DNA of 64,000 nucleotides. Origin: an uncultured Spirochaetota bacterium. GTDB lineage: Bacteria; Spirochaetota; Spirochaetia; SZUA-6; Fen-1364. Both the position numbers and the translations under genes were made by a program. The DNA lies in NCBI GenBank assembly GCA_963820525.1, contig CAWGAA010000002.1, positions 64,001-128,000 on the forward strand, written 5' to 3'. Position 1 is the stretch's first letter. Every line of letters begins with the position of its first letter. The notes under the pieces were generated by a model. That model was given only the letters and a program-made list of their open reading frames with translations. It did not search any database and was not told the DNA's origin. Below are positions 18,179 through 28,738 of the stretch, piece after piece.

Positions 18179-19985
18179 TGAACCCTGCCCCCATGGCGAT
18201 CCGCGCGCCCCCTTCAGGCCGGTTTGTGATCTCGAAGACGATTCCTTCCCCGAACGCGAGCCTGAGCCTCTCGTAGGAATTAAGGATTCCCATTCCCGAG
18301 ATCGACATAGGGGACAAGCCATTGCCCGTCCGCCGAGCGGCGAGCTTCTCGGAGATGCGCGCGAGAGTCTCCGTCGTGAATCCGGGTCCGTTGTCAAGGA
18401 TTTCTATCATCCACCGGCCATCCGCGCAGCCGCCGCGAAGCTCGATGCGCCATGGAGGTCTGGTGGACGTCCCGTACTTGAAGCAGTTCTCTATGAACGG
18501 CTGGAGAATCAGCCGGGGCACGACAATCTCCCTCACTGCGCTGGGGACGTCGATCACGTACTTCAGGCTCCCTCCAAACCTCGCCCGCATGGCGGCGAGG
18601 TAGCTCTCCGCATACTCCATCTCCTTTCCGAGAGTAGCGGTCGTCTCCTCGGTGGACGACACGTAGCGGAGAACGCGTACCAGGTTTGAGATCAGGTCCT
18701 GGATGGCAGCCGTAGAACCTTCCTCTGCCATGATGGCGATAGTCTGGAGCATGTTGTGGAGAAAGTGCGGATTGAGCTGCGACTGAAGAGCAACGAGCTG
18801 GGCTTCCTTCTCGTGCGCCCGCAGGGAGACTGCCTCCCGGATCGATTCATTGAGCTTCAACCTCATGTCGCGGAAGGCCAGACGCAGCTCGTCTATCTCG
18901 CCGAGGTTAGGCCTGTGCGTCCCCTCGGTGGTCTTGTCCAGGTTTCCCAGGTCCAGTGCCTCGATCTCCGCGTGCAGCGCCTTGATCGGAACCGTCACAC
19001 GGCGGGCGATGAAGTAGGACGCACCAAGGGAGCAGGCGATCGCCGTCAGAGTCAGGAGCGCGATCCGCACGGCGTATTGTAGGACGCTCGCGGCCAGCCC
19101 CGCGGATGGTTCGCCGATCAGGAGGGTCCAACCCGTATCACGCGACACGGCGGCCGCGAAGATCTGCGGTTCCCGCTTGCCCGGAAGGACGCCGGTCACG
19201 ATCAGGCGGCGCGCCGCCTGATCTGCGATCCGCAGGAGCGCGGGCGCATCGACGGGAGGCCCCTCGTAGGGATAGAGCTGGTTCCCGCTGCGGTCGAAGA
19301 CGAAGATCGATGCGGATGAGCCGCTGAGCAGATCCAGCTCACTGAACAGCGTATCGCAGTACTGCTCCACCTCGACGATGCCCTGCGTGGAAAGCAGGGC
19401 ATCCTGGAACGTCCTCAGCAAAGATACGTACCGCTTGTCCTTGACGATGACCGAGGTCTCTTCCAGGAGCGGATCCATGTGGGGCGGGAGGATCACTCGT
19501 TCGCCGCCGGCCTGCATGACCTCGGCATACCAAGGCTCGCGTGTCACGGCCCGCTCGATGAGACGGCTGTAGTATCCGGCTCCGATCATCTCGCCGCGAA
19601 GGTCGAAGATGTTCACCTGCGGCGCTGACTGGTTGGGTCCGAGAATCGTATCACTGATCTCGATCAAGGTTTCCGTGTTCTCCAGCTTGGAGATTCTCTC
19701 GCCGGCCGACGCCGGCGAACGCGGGAGCGCGAGGTGCCGCGCATAGAGGCCCTGGAAAACTTGTGAGTAGATCAGCGTCAGGCTCAGCCGGTTCATCTCG
19801 GACACTTGGGCGTCCAGGTTCGTCATGATGGACTTGGAGAGAGACGTCAACGCCTCGGCAAAGCGCTCCCGCGCCACCCCCGAGGCGTAGTCGTACACCA
19901 CCAGCGAGAAGGCGATGAGCACGCATGCCAGCAGGAGCGAGACGGAAAGGAAGATGGACCCCCGGACGGTCCGGCTACGCGACAC
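18171..19985 (-). CDS. YesM-like sensor histidine kinase
   Basis: Two TM segments, HAMP, LQSQLNPHFLHN, LQPFIENCFKYG, DNGPG; start uncertain. Confidence 0.92.
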   Translation of the reverse strand: MSRSRTVRGSIFLSVSLLLACVLIAFSLVVYDYASGVARERFAEALTSLSKSIMTNLDAQVSEMNRLSLTLIYSQVFQGLYARHLALPRSPASAGERISKLENTETLIEISDTILGPNQSAPQVNIFDLRGEMIGAGYYSRLIERAVTREPWYAEVMQAGGERVILPPHMDPLLEETSVIVKDKRYVSLLRTFQDALLSTQGIVEVEQYCDTLFSELDLLSGSSASIFVFDRSGNQLYPYEGPPVDAPALLRIADQAARRLIVTGVLPGKREPQIFAAAVSRDTGWTLLIGEPSAGLAASVLQYAVRIALLTLTAIACSLGASYFIARRVTVPIKALHAEIEALDLGNLDKTTEGTHRPNLGEIDELRLAFRDMRLKLNESIREAVSLRAHEKEAQLVALQSQLNPHFLHNMLQTIAIMAEEGSTAAIQDLISNLVRVLRYVSSTEETTATLGKEMEYAESYLAAMRARFGGSLKYVIDVPSAVREIVVPRLILQPFIENCFKYGTSTRPPWRIELRGGCADGRWMIEILDNGPGFTTETLARISEKLAARRTGNGLSPMSISGMGILNSYERLRLAFGEGIVFEITNRPEGGARIAMGAGFNG

Positions 19986-20118
19986 GGACACATGATAGCA
20001 CATGGCAGAAGCAGCGGGGCATGGAATTTTGTCCATGATCCCGCGCAACCCAATCCATTTACGGCGCCGCGGTGCAGCCGGATACTGGAGAGCAACAATT
20101 CACTCGAAGGAGGTTTAC

Positions 20119-21399
20119 ATGCTCAGAAAATCCATTCTCTGTTTCGTGATCTTGGCGCTCTGCGCGGTGCCGGGTCTCTTTGCTAAAGGCGGCTCGGAGA
20201 AGGTAACACTCACCGTCTGGGACTTCAAATACGGCGAGGTCGCGGAGGGCCAGTCCCAGAAGCCCATGAAGCAGATGGACACGCTGTTCATGGAGAAGTA
20301 CCCGGGAGTCACGATCAACCACGTGGCGCAGCCCAACGACACCTACTACCAGATCATCCAAGCTGCGGCCAGTGCAAACAAGGGACCGGACGTGGCGATG
20401 TTCCACCCCGGCACTCGGGCCAACGAGTTTGATGACATCCTGGTCGCCCTCGACCCCTATATCGCGGATGTGAAAAGCCAGTTCACGACGGCGGGCATCC
20501 TCGCGTGCTCAAAGGACGGCAAGGTGAAGCTCCTGCCCATGACCATGCAGGGGTTCGGCTTCTACTACAACAAGGACTACTTCAAGAAGGCAGGCCTGGA
20601 TCCCGAGAAGGCACCCAAGGCCTCGGCTGACTTCCTCGCGGCCTGTGAGAAGCTGAAGGCGGCCGGCATAGTTCCCATCACAGTCGGCCAGACCTACACC
20701 CTCGATTTCATCCTTCGCTGCTTTGTGGCGAACGTCTTCGGCCCGAACGTCATCGGGCTCAAGGACGGCTCCGCGAAATTCACGGATCCCCTGTTCAAAG
20801 AGGGCGTCGAGTTTGTCAAAACGCTCATCAGCAAGGGCTATCTGGAGAAGGAAGGATTCTCCCGGCCGTATTTCATGGACGGGATCGACAAGTTCGCCGC
20901 CGGCGGCGGGGGCATGTTCATGGGGCTTCTGTCGGACGTCGGCAACTGGTATGTGTTCTCCAACAAGCTGGGAGCGGCCAACGTGGGCTATTTCCCCACG
21001 GTCAACTTCCCTGACAGCAAGTACAAAGACCGGCAGATGGCCCAGGGTGCGGGGATCGGCTACGGAGTCATGAAGTGGTCGAAGAATGCCGAGGCTGCCG
21101 CGGGCTACGTCAAGTTCTACACCACCGGAGAAGCGGCGAAGATCTACGCCAGCGGCACCGGGGCGATGTCGCCGCTCACGGCTTCAACCGGCCTCGAAGT
21201 GTCCTATCCCGCTTTGAAGAGCATCCAGGGGTACCTCAAGAGCGGTACCGCCGTGGACTACATCTCCGGAGTCTTCGCCAATTACGGCGGGTACGAAGAT
21301 GATTCGAACAGGCTTCTCGACCGGGTGTTCGTTACCAACGAGCTCTCCACGGACCAGTTCATCACCGAATACCAGAAAATCATAGAAGGTAAGAACTAG
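20119..21399 (+). CDS. Sugar ABC solute-binding protein
   Basis: AAGGAGG RBS, signal ending LFAKGGSE, YYNKDYFKKAGLD. Confidence 0.92.
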   Translation: MLRKSILCFVILALCAVPGLFAKGGSEKVTLTVWDFKYGEVAEGQSQKPMKQMDTLFMEKYPGVTINHVAQPNDTYYQIIQAAASANKGPDVAMFHPGTRANEFDDILVALDPYIADVKSQFTTAGILACSKDGKVKLLPMTMQGFGFYYNKDYFKKAGLDPEKAPKASADFLAACEKLKAAGIVPITVGQTYTLDFILRCFVANVFGPNVIGLKDGSAKFTDPLFKEGVEFVKTLISKGYLEKEGFSRPYFMDGIDKFAAGGGGMFMGLLSDVGNWYVFSNKLGAANVGYFPTVNFPDSKYKDRQMAQGAGIGYGVMKWSKNAEAAAGYVKFYTTGEAAKIYASGTGAMSPLTASTGLEVSYPALKSIQGYLKSGTAVDYISGVFANYGGYEDDSNRLLDRVFVTNELSTDQFITEYQKIIEGKN

Positions 21400-21409
21400 A
21401 TACATCGAG

Positions 21410-21437
21410 GAGGACGGGGCCTCAAACCCCGTCCTCT
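21410..21437 (+). terminator. Stem-loop after the solute-binding gene (terminator or mRNA stabiliser)
   Basis: GAGGACGGGG-cctcaaa-CCCCGTCCTC followed by TTTGTTT. Confidence 0.65.
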
Positions 21438-21458
21438 TTGTTTCACGGAGTATCGAGC

Positions 21459-22337
21459 ATGAGCCACCGTCGAGGGTTGGAAAAAGACGGTTTTACCCCT
21501 TACCTCTTTCTGGCGCCGCTTTTGGTGCTGCTCGGGGCGTTCATTCTCTATCCCGTCATCATGAACTTGATTTCCAGTTTCACGGAGTGGAAGGGCTATG
21601 GTCCCATGAAGTGGATCGGCCCGGACAACTACCGCGAAATGCTCAACGATACGCAGTTCTGGACCTCGATCAAGAACACCGCGATACTCGTCTGCTACAT
21701 CCCCGCGAGCGTGGTCATCACCGTGTTCATCGCCGCGCTCCTTCGGGAAGGCCTCCGGGGCTGGCAGACCTACCGCGCCATCCTCTATATCCCGAACCTC
21801 CTGGGGTACGTCATCATTGGCGTGGTCTTCTCGATCTTCCTCCGCGATGACGGGCCCCTGAATATCGCGATCAAGGCGATTACCGGCCATACGGTGTCAT
21901 TCCTGATCTCCCCGGCCCTCGCCATCAACTCCATCGGAATCATCAAGGTCATCTGGGTCCATCTCGGGTTCGGTCTTATCTACTTCCTGGCCGCAATGAG
22001 CGGCATCGACCAGTCGATTTACGAGGCCGCGCTCATAGACGGCGCCAGCTTCTGGGAGACGCTGTTGCGCGTCACCATACCGAGCATCAGCTTCGCCATA
22101 GAGTTCTGGATTGTGTTCAACTTCATAGAGGTATTTGCCCGTATGTTCAGCCTCATCTACACTCTCACCCGTGGAGGACCCGGATACGGCACGTTCACAC
22201 TGGAATACGGGGTCTTTGTCCAGGGATTCGAGAAATTCCGATCGGGGTATTCCAGCGCGTGGTCCATGGTGTTGTTCCTCTTCTGCGCCGTCATTTCAGT
22301 GGTGCAGATCCGCCTGATGCGAAGGAGAAGCTCATGA
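21459..22337 (+). CDS. Sugar ABC permease
   Basis: YLFLAP, WIGPDNY, IYEAALIDGA, LTRGGPG. Confidence 0.92.
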   Translation: MSHRRGLEKDGFTPYLFLAPLLVLLGAFILYPVIMNLISSFTEWKGYGPMKWIGPDNYREMLNDTQFWTSIKNTAILVCYIPASVVITVFIAALLREGLRGWQTYRAILYIPNLLGYVIIGVVFSIFLRDDGPLNIAIKAITGHTVSFLISPALAINSIGIIKVIWVHLGFGLIYFLAAMSGIDQSIYEAALIDGASFWETLLRVTIPSISFAIEFWIVFNFIEVFARMFSLIYTLTRGGPGYGTFTLEYGVFVQGFEKFRSGYSSAWSMVLFLFCAVISVVQIRLMRRRSS

Positions 22338-23173
22338 AGAGGACCTCCTCTATCGATGCCGGCACGCGTGTGCTGGTCCAACTGTTCCTGATTCTGCTGG
22401 TGATCGTATCCCTTCTTCCCCTCTACAACGTGATTTCCGCCAGCTTCAAGACCGGGGATGAGTTCGTCAATAACCCCTTCCTTCTCCCGAAGTCTCCCAC
22501 CGTGGACAACTACGAGCTCGCCGCCATCAATGGAAGTCTCCTTCGTTTCGTGGTCAACAGCTTCATTCTCGTTCCCATAGGCCTGGTTTTCTACCTGGCC
22601 GTGTGCGTCAGCGCGGGCTATGCGTTTGGCAAGATGCGATTCGGCCTGAAACGGCCCCTGTTTCTCCTCGTGCTCTTTCTTCTTATCTTTCCCCAGCTTC
22701 TCCTCGCTACGCAGGTCTTCAAACTGATCTCCCTGCTGGAGCTGACGAACACCGGCGTCGGCGTCATCCTCACGTGGGTGGCATATTTCTCTCCATTCGG
22801 TACCTACATCATGACGACGTATTTCACCGACATGCCCTATGAGCTGGTTGAAGCCGCGCGCATGGACGGCGCTTCGCACTTCCGGATCCTTTGGAGCGTG
22901 ATGACGCCGATTGCTGCGCCCATGATCGCGACCATCGCCATCATCGGCTTCCAGTCCATGTGGAACGAGCTGCCGTTTTCACTGCTCATCCTCCAGGACC
23001 AATCCCGAAGGACGCTCACGCTCGGCGTCGCAATGATGAGGGGAGAATACGGCCTCCGCGTGCCGATCCAGAGCGCGGCCCTGGTCATTGCGATGGCGGT
23101 GCCCCTCATCGTGTTCCTCATCTTCCAGCGCCGCGTCACCATTGGAGTCACCGCGGGCGCCCTCAAAGGCTAA
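22334..23173 (+). CDS. Sugar ABC permease
   Basis: ELVEAARMDGA, WNE, FQR...GVTAGALKG; ATGA overlap with upstream gene. Confidence 0.92.
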   Translation: MKRTSSIDAGTRVLVQLFLILLVIVSLLPLYNVISASFKTGDEFVNNPFLLPKSPTVDNYELAAINGSLLRFVVNSFILVPIGLVFYLAVCVSAGYAFGKMRFGLKRPLFLLVLFLLIFPQLLLATQVFKLISLLELTNTGVGVILTWVAYFSPFGTYIMTTYFTDMPYELVEAARMDGASHFRILWSVMTPIAAPMIATIAIIGFQSMWNELPFSLLILQDQSRRTLTLGVAMMRGEYGLRVPIQSAALVIAMAVPLIVFLIFQRRVTIGVTAGALKG

Positions 23174-23298
23174 CAATGGGGGCGATCCCTTCGGTGTAGT
23201 CACCGCAGTCAATGAGGCGTTGTGCAGCTTGAGGCGAAGGATGCAGGCATATTCATCCTGTTTCCTATCGATTGGTCGGACCACCAGAGGGGCGTGAT

Positions 23299-24183
23299 TT
23301 GGAAACATACGATATCACATTTGTGGGGCATCTCTGCTTTGACGAAATCACACCGTATCACGGGGAAACCAGCGTCGCGCCCGGCAGCGCGGTGTTGTGC
23401 GGCGCCATCGCGGCAGCCCGCATCGGCCAAAGGGTGGCCATTGTGACAAGAATGGCGGCCGCAGACACACAGATCTTGCAGCCGCTGAAAGAGCTGGGCG
23501 TTGCGACGCTCGTGATTCAGGCTCGGGAAACAACCTATGCCGTTGTCATTCATCCGACCCCCAATGTGGATGAGCGCATCCTGAAAATCGCGCGCAGCGC
23601 CGGGTTCTTTTCCATTGAAGACATGCCTACTATCATGACGCGCGATCTGCATCTCGCCGGGATCTCTGACCAGGAGTTCAGCGTGGATTTCATCCGCGGT
23701 TTGAAAGCCCAGGGCTATCATCTCTCGGTTGATATGCAGAGTTTTGTCCGTCAGGTGAATCCGCTCACCGGCAAAGTCGCTTTCAAGGATGTTCCCCAAA
23801 AGCAAGACATTGTCAAACTGATGAGCAAGGTAAAACTGGATGTGGTGGAGGCCAGAGTGCTTACCGGGACGGACGATCTGGAACAAGCGGCCCGGCAATT
23901 TGAAGCCTGGGGAAGCCCGGAAACAGTCATTACCCACGCGGAAGGCGTGCTCGCCCGCGTCAATGGCAAGACGTACTATGAGAAATTCTCGAACCGGAGC
24001 ACGGTAGGACGCACTGGCCGGGGCGACACGACCTTTGCAGCTTATCTTGCCCGCCGGGGCGATCACAATGTCGCGGAATCTCTGAAATTCGCGGCCGCTC
24101 TGGTCTCGATCAAAATGGAGACTCCCGGGCCATTTCGGGGAACGTTGGCGGACGTCATTACGCTCATGAAACAGGAGGAGTGA
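23299..24183 (+). CDS. PfkB/ribokinase-family carbohydrate kinase
   Basis: GRTGRGDTTFAAY anion-hole motif, SVDMQSFVR; TTG start inferred. Confidence 0.85.
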   Translation: METYDITFVGHLCFDEITPYHGETSVAPGSAVLCGAIAAARIGQRVAIVTRMAAADTQILQPLKELGVATLVIQARETTYAVVIHPTPNVDERILKIARSAGFFSIEDMPTIMTRDLHLAGISDQEFSVDFIRGLKAQGYHLSVDMQSFVRQVNPLTGKVAFKDVPQKQDIVKLMSKVKLDVVEARVLTGTDDLEQAARQFEAWGSPETVITHAEGVLARVNGKTYYEKFSNRSTVGRTGRGDTTFAAYLARRGDHNVAESLKFAAALVSIKMETPGPFRGTLADVITLMKQEE

Positions 24184-24186
24184 CGC

Positions 24187-26532
24187 ATGCATCTTTTTAA
24201 GACATCGGAAAGGTACTTCCAGGTTCATCCCTGGTTGGTGATTGAAGAGGGCTTTGACCCGCAGAAACAGCGTTTGGCCGAATCGATCTTTTCCTTGGCG
24301 AATGAGTTTATGTGCGTCCGCGGGTATTTCGAAGAAGGATATTCCGGGGATCACTTGTTGGGGAGCTATTTCAGCCAATTGTATGAGATGCTGGACGTAA
24401 AATACCCCCAGATTTTCAAAGGGTTTGTGACGGAAGCCGCCGCCATGATTACGGCGTTGGACTGGCTCTACACCCGGATAACGCTTGATGGGGAAACGCT
24501 AGATCTCCACACCGCGCAGTTTTCGGATTTCAAACGCACGCTCGACCTCCGTGACGCCACCTTGATGCGGGAGTTCGTCTGGACGACCCGCAGCCAGAAA
24601 CAACTGAAGTTGACGTTCATCCGGTTTGCCGATATCCAGACCACTGCGCTTGGTTGTCAGCGGATCCTGCTCGAACCGTTGAATTTCTCCGGAGAGGTAA
24701 GAATCTGTTCCGGTCTTGATTTTGATACTATCTATGAAATCGCGGCGGGGTGGGATCAGACCAAGGGCACCGGCGCCAGCAAGGAACAGCTGGCGCAGAC
24801 CAACTTCTGGACCTGCGAACGCAAGCAGCGCGTGGGCGATCACTATGCCATTCAAGCCCGTACACATCGAAGCGGTTGTCACTTGTTTTCCAGCTTCAGA
24901 ATCGCGGCGAATCAGCCAGTGAAGCCCCGCATCGTCGAACAAGAGAAATTCATCGGGATCGAATTTGCGCTCAAGGTACAGGCGCAGCAAACGACTACGT
25001 TTGAAAAGATGGCGGTAAACCATTGGGAACAGGCAGATGACGCCGAGCAGGTCTGGACCAACGGCCTTCAGCTCGCACAAAGTCTCGCCGGAATCACGTT
25101 TGACCAGGCACTGGTGGAACATCGCCGCTGCTGGACGCATTACTGGGATCGCATGGATATCGAAATCGAAGGCGACCCGGAGCTGCAGCAAGGCGTCCGC
25201 TACTCGCTTTTTATGATGTACATCAACTATCACGGCGAAAGCGACCGGCGGAACGTGCTCTGCAAGCTCGGCGGCGAAGTCTATGGCGGCCTCAACTTCT
25301 GGGATACGGAAATCTATTGTCACCGGATGTACATGTTCCTTGATCCCAAGATTGCACGGAAACTGCTCATGTACCGGTACCGCTATTTGCCCCAAGCCCT
25401 CCAAAATGCACGGCGTATTGACCTGGAAGGCGCTCGCTACCCGTTTTCAACGATTACCGGATTGGAAGATAGCGGCACCTGGCAGCATGTGGACCTGGAG
25501 ATCCATCAAAACGAAGCTATCTACTACGCCATCTGGCATTATGCGCGCGTGTGTCAGGACAAACAATTCCTGTACCATGAGGGCATTGAAATGCTGCTCC
25601 AAATGTGCCGGTGCATGGCGAGTTGGGGCGGCTGGAGCCCGAAGAAGGGCGATTTCGGCTTCTACGGGGTGATGGGTCCGGATGAGTTCCACATGATGGT
25701 AAACCATAACTGTTATACGAATTACCTCGGCAAGAAGATGTTCAACTATACGCTGGAGGTGCTCGCCGAGATGCAACGAGAAGCGCCGGAGCTATATGAG
25801 CACGCGGTCGCGAAGGTACAGTTGCGTCCGGAAGAAACTAAGGAATGGCAGCGGATGGCGGAGAAGATGCGGATTCTCAAGGATGAAGCCACCGGCATTT
25901 ACGAACAACATGACGGGTACTTCGATCTCCCGCATGTTGAAGTGAAGAACATTCCGATGTCACAGATCCCGATTTACAGGAACTGGGCGTACATCAGGAT
26001 TTTCCGGTACAATATGCTCAAACAACCCGATTTCCTCAACTTGCCGTATTTCTTCAGCCAGGATTTCACGATGGAGGAAAAACGGCGGAACTACGAGTTC
26101 TATGAGGCCCGCACAAGCCATGAATCGTCGCTATCGCCGTCTTTGCATGCGATCTTGGCCGCAGAACTGGGGAAACTGAAGGAAGCGTACAACTTCTTGG
26201 CCTATGCGGCCCGGCTGGATCTGGACAATTACAACCGGAATACCGAACAAGGCATCCATTCTTCCTCGGCCGCTGGAGTGTGGGCCGGCATGGTCTCCGG
26301 GTTCGGCGGATTGCGTACCGATGCCGAAACGTTGATATTCAATCCGACTATTCCGGCGCAATGGAACGCCTATCGCTTCAGAGTCTTCTACGGGGGCGCC
26401 TTGCTGGCGGTTCACGTCACCCACGACAAAGCCCTATTCAAAGTCGTGGAGGGAAACAGCGTCAAGGTGAGCATTTACGGCCAACTTCGTCAAATCACCC
26501 CGAAAGGTCTGGAAGTCAAGATGCCCCAATGA
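24187..26532 (+). CDS. GH65 glycoside phosphorylase/hydrolase (maltose/kojibiose/trehalose phosphorylase family)
   Basis: ESIFSLAN, FWDTEIY, GVMGPDEFH, LKQPD, YEARTSHESSLS, DLDNYN. Confidence 0.94.
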   Translation: MHLFKTSERYFQVHPWLVIEEGFDPQKQRLAESIFSLANEFMCVRGYFEEGYSGDHLLGSYFSQLYEMLDVKYPQIFKGFVTEAAAMITALDWLYTRITLDGETLDLHTAQFSDFKRTLDLRDATLMREFVWTTRSQKQLKLTFIRFADIQTTALGCQRILLEPLNFSGEVRICSGLDFDTIYEIAAGWDQTKGTGASKEQLAQTNFWTCERKQRVGDHYAIQARTHRSGCHLFSSFRIAANQPVKPRIVEQEKFIGIEFALKVQAQQTTTFEKMAVNHWEQADDAEQVWTNGLQLAQSLAGITFDQALVEHRRCWTHYWDRMDIEIEGDPELQQGVRYSLFMMYINYHGESDRRNVLCKLGGEVYGGLNFWDTEIYCHRMYMFLDPKIARKLLMYRYRYLPQALQNARRIDLEGARYPFSTITGLEDSGTWQHVDLEIHQNEAIYYAIWHYARVCQDKQFLYHEGIEMLLQMCRCMASWGGWSPKKGDFGFYGVMGPDEFHMMVNHNCYTNYLGKKMFNYTLEVLAEMQREAPELYEHAVAKVQLRPEETKEWQRMAEKMRILKDEATGIYEQHDGYFDLPHVEVKNIPMSQIPIYRNWAYIRIFRYNMLKQPDFLNLPYFFSQDFTMEEKRRNYEFYEARTSHESSLSPSLHAILAAELGKLKEAYNFLAYAARLDLDNYNRNTEQGIHSSSAAGVWAGMVSGFGGLRTDAETLIFNPTIPAQWNAYRFRVFYGGALLAVHVTHDKALFKVVEGNSVKVSIYGQLRQITPKGLEVKMPQ

Positions 26533-26544
26533 GCGGCCTGGTTC

Positions 26545-26832
26545 ACCAGCCGCGAATGATCTTGTCCCAAACGATTTCTTCGGGATCGGAGAAGGCTTTC
26601 GGATCGTCGCAATGCCCCTCTACTTCCAAAACGATCAAATTGGTTTGGCACTTTTCGGCGATGGGCCGGATGAAGGGTTGGTCTACGAGCTGCTTCGAGG
26701 GCAGTTGTCGAGCGCGCTCAAGGGCGCCCTCCTGCTCAGGCGGCTCAAGGAGAGGGCCGACATTCTGTCGAAGGGAATCGAGAACCTGACGCTGAGCCTC
26801 AAGGGTATGGTCGAGAGTTCGGACGCGATCGT
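26545..26832 (+). pseudogene. Internal fragment of a LacI-type/GAF-linked sensor or chemotaxis protein
   Basis: DLVPNDFF...VAMPLYFQNDQIGLALF..GPDEGLVYELLRGQLSSALKGALL followed by a coiled coil; no start or natural end. Confidence 0.5.
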
Positions 26833-26985
26833 CGGTCTGAACAATCGATTCGAAAGAGCAGGAAAAGGCCTCCGTCATCCGCACGCCGCCGCCCTTCAGC
26901 TGGCTCTTCTTGATCGGTTTTTCAAGCTCCTCTCGATACTCCTGGTTCACCAGGTTGAGGTAGAAATCCTTGTCGAACATGTCTT
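26833..26985. repeat. 153-bp direct repeat, copy 2
   Basis: Matches 1168-1320 with 7 mismatches. Confidence 0.95.
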
Positions 26986-28545
26986 CGATCCCCGAGTCGT
27001 CCAGCGCCGTGAATAACTCGTAGGAGAAGATCCGTTTCTTCTGCAGTATTCCGCTCTTGATGGCCTTCTCCAGGTCCTTGATCTCGCTGTCCCGGATGAC
27101 GACCAGCCCATTGGCGATGTTGGCGGCATGATCTTCCAGGAGCGCCACCAGCGCGGAGAGCGTCTTTGCCCCTCCCAGGGGGACGATCTTCCACATCGGA
27201 TTGAGCCCTTCCTTGCCCCGCTTCTTCAGCAGCGCGGAGACCACCTCCAGGAAGAGGAGATCCGCGACGCCGTCCACCACGAGGAGGTTGGGGCTGGCGA
27301 AGGCATTGGCCAGGGCCCTGTGGCCCAGCATCCAAGACGCTCTTGTCCTCCACGATGCGCACCCGGTCCATCTTCAGCGTATCGATCATGTAGGGGGAGT
27401 GCGTCGTATAGATCACCTGGTGGCCCGTCTTGGACTCATCTTCGAGATAGCGCAGGAGGTCCGCCTGCGCCGCGCCATGGAGGAAGAGGGCGGGCTCGTC
27501 CAGCAGAAGAATCAGTGAGGGGCTCAAGCGTTTCTGCTGCGAAAACCATGCCAGGAACGAGAAAAACCAGATGAACCCGCGGGACCGGGTGCCCAGGAGG
27601 GTGTGCACCTTCTGCTTCGCGTTATAGACGTGGCACCAGAGGTTGGTACCGGATCTCATCCCTTCCGGATCCTTGGGCAGCGCCGGGCGGATATCGAAGT
27701 TCATTTCCAGGTACCGGTTCTGGGACCAATACTTCATGATGTTTCGCGTTACATGATTGGACGCCCCCTCCAGGCGGTTGTCGCGTTCCAGGGCCCGGCT
27801 CGGGTTGATGATCTCTTCGAGCTCCAGCCGGGCAAGCTCGATGAGACCCAGCAGGGGATAGTCGGATTCCAGCAGCTTGCCGCTCGCCCTGCGCTGGATG
27901 AGCGCCTCGACGTTCACCTGGCCCGTCATCTGATAGAACTCATCGAAATAGAGGAACCGGGGAACGCTTTCCTGCAGGTACTTTTCGAAGAAGTAGCTCG
28001 ACGCGCCCTTCCCCGTGATTTCCTCCACCAGGGAGGAAAGTTTCCCGGTGGAATCGCTTTTCGCGACCTCCTCGAGCGTCATGCTCTTGGGTTGGGATTT
28101 CCCTTGCGGGGGGTGAATCTCTCCCCTCTTCATGAGGGCCTGAACGAGGGAGTCTTCACGGATGCTCAACTCAGGGACCAGCTTGTTTTGATACCCTTTC
28201 GAAAGGATCAATTCAGGTTTCGCCAGGAGCCCGGGAAAATCCTCTTCCAGCCGCTCGAGGTCCTTCTCATCGAGGGCGAAGGTGGCCCGGGTGACAATGG
28301 CCGGCTCTCTGCGTCCGCTTTTCACTTCCAGCCTGTAGTCTTCCACGTCGCTGCGGGGAAAGTCGTCGTCGACATTGAAGGAACCGTGCTGGGGGATTAC
28401 CGGGTTGAGCCTAGAGACGGCCTCCAGAATGGCGGTCTTACCCGACTCGTTCATTCCGACGAGGCACGTTATATCTGAAACGCCGAAATGACACGCATCT
28501 CGAATGCACTTGTAATTTGAGATCTCGACATCTATCAACTTCATA
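26833..28545 (-). pseudogene. OLD-like ABC-ATPase + TOPRIM protein, frameshifted near 27335 and 3'-truncated
   Basis: ISNYKCI, Walker A LVGMNESGKT, RSRGF signature, LLLDEPALFLH, YTTHSPYMI; second frame LVVDGVADL and IVPLGG (TOPRIM-like). Confidence 0.85.
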
Positions 28546-28677
28546 GACACCTCTTTTTTTGCAGCAACGTCAGAACGAATATACCTTCGCCATGTTCTTC
28601 CGGCCACTTGCCGCTCGAGCGGGGATGGTGAACTGCGTGAAAGCGCCGCGCGTGGGATCCCGGCCCTATTGTTTTCA

Positions 28678-28707
28678 TTGACGATTCAGCCGGCCGCAAA
28701 TTACACT
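28678..28707 (+). promoter_or_regulatory. Putative sigma70 promoter of the aldo/keto reductase
   Basis: TTGACG-18-TACACT. Confidence 0.5.
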
Positions 28708-28738
28708 TGAAGCAAGAGAGAACCTCGAGGAGACGTGC

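Noticed and set aside
26543..26832. Minus-strand extension DDRVRTL...IIRGW as the true C-terminus of the OLD-like protein
   Set aside because: It is the antisense of a sensor fragment; the natural C-terminus is at 1028-1167.
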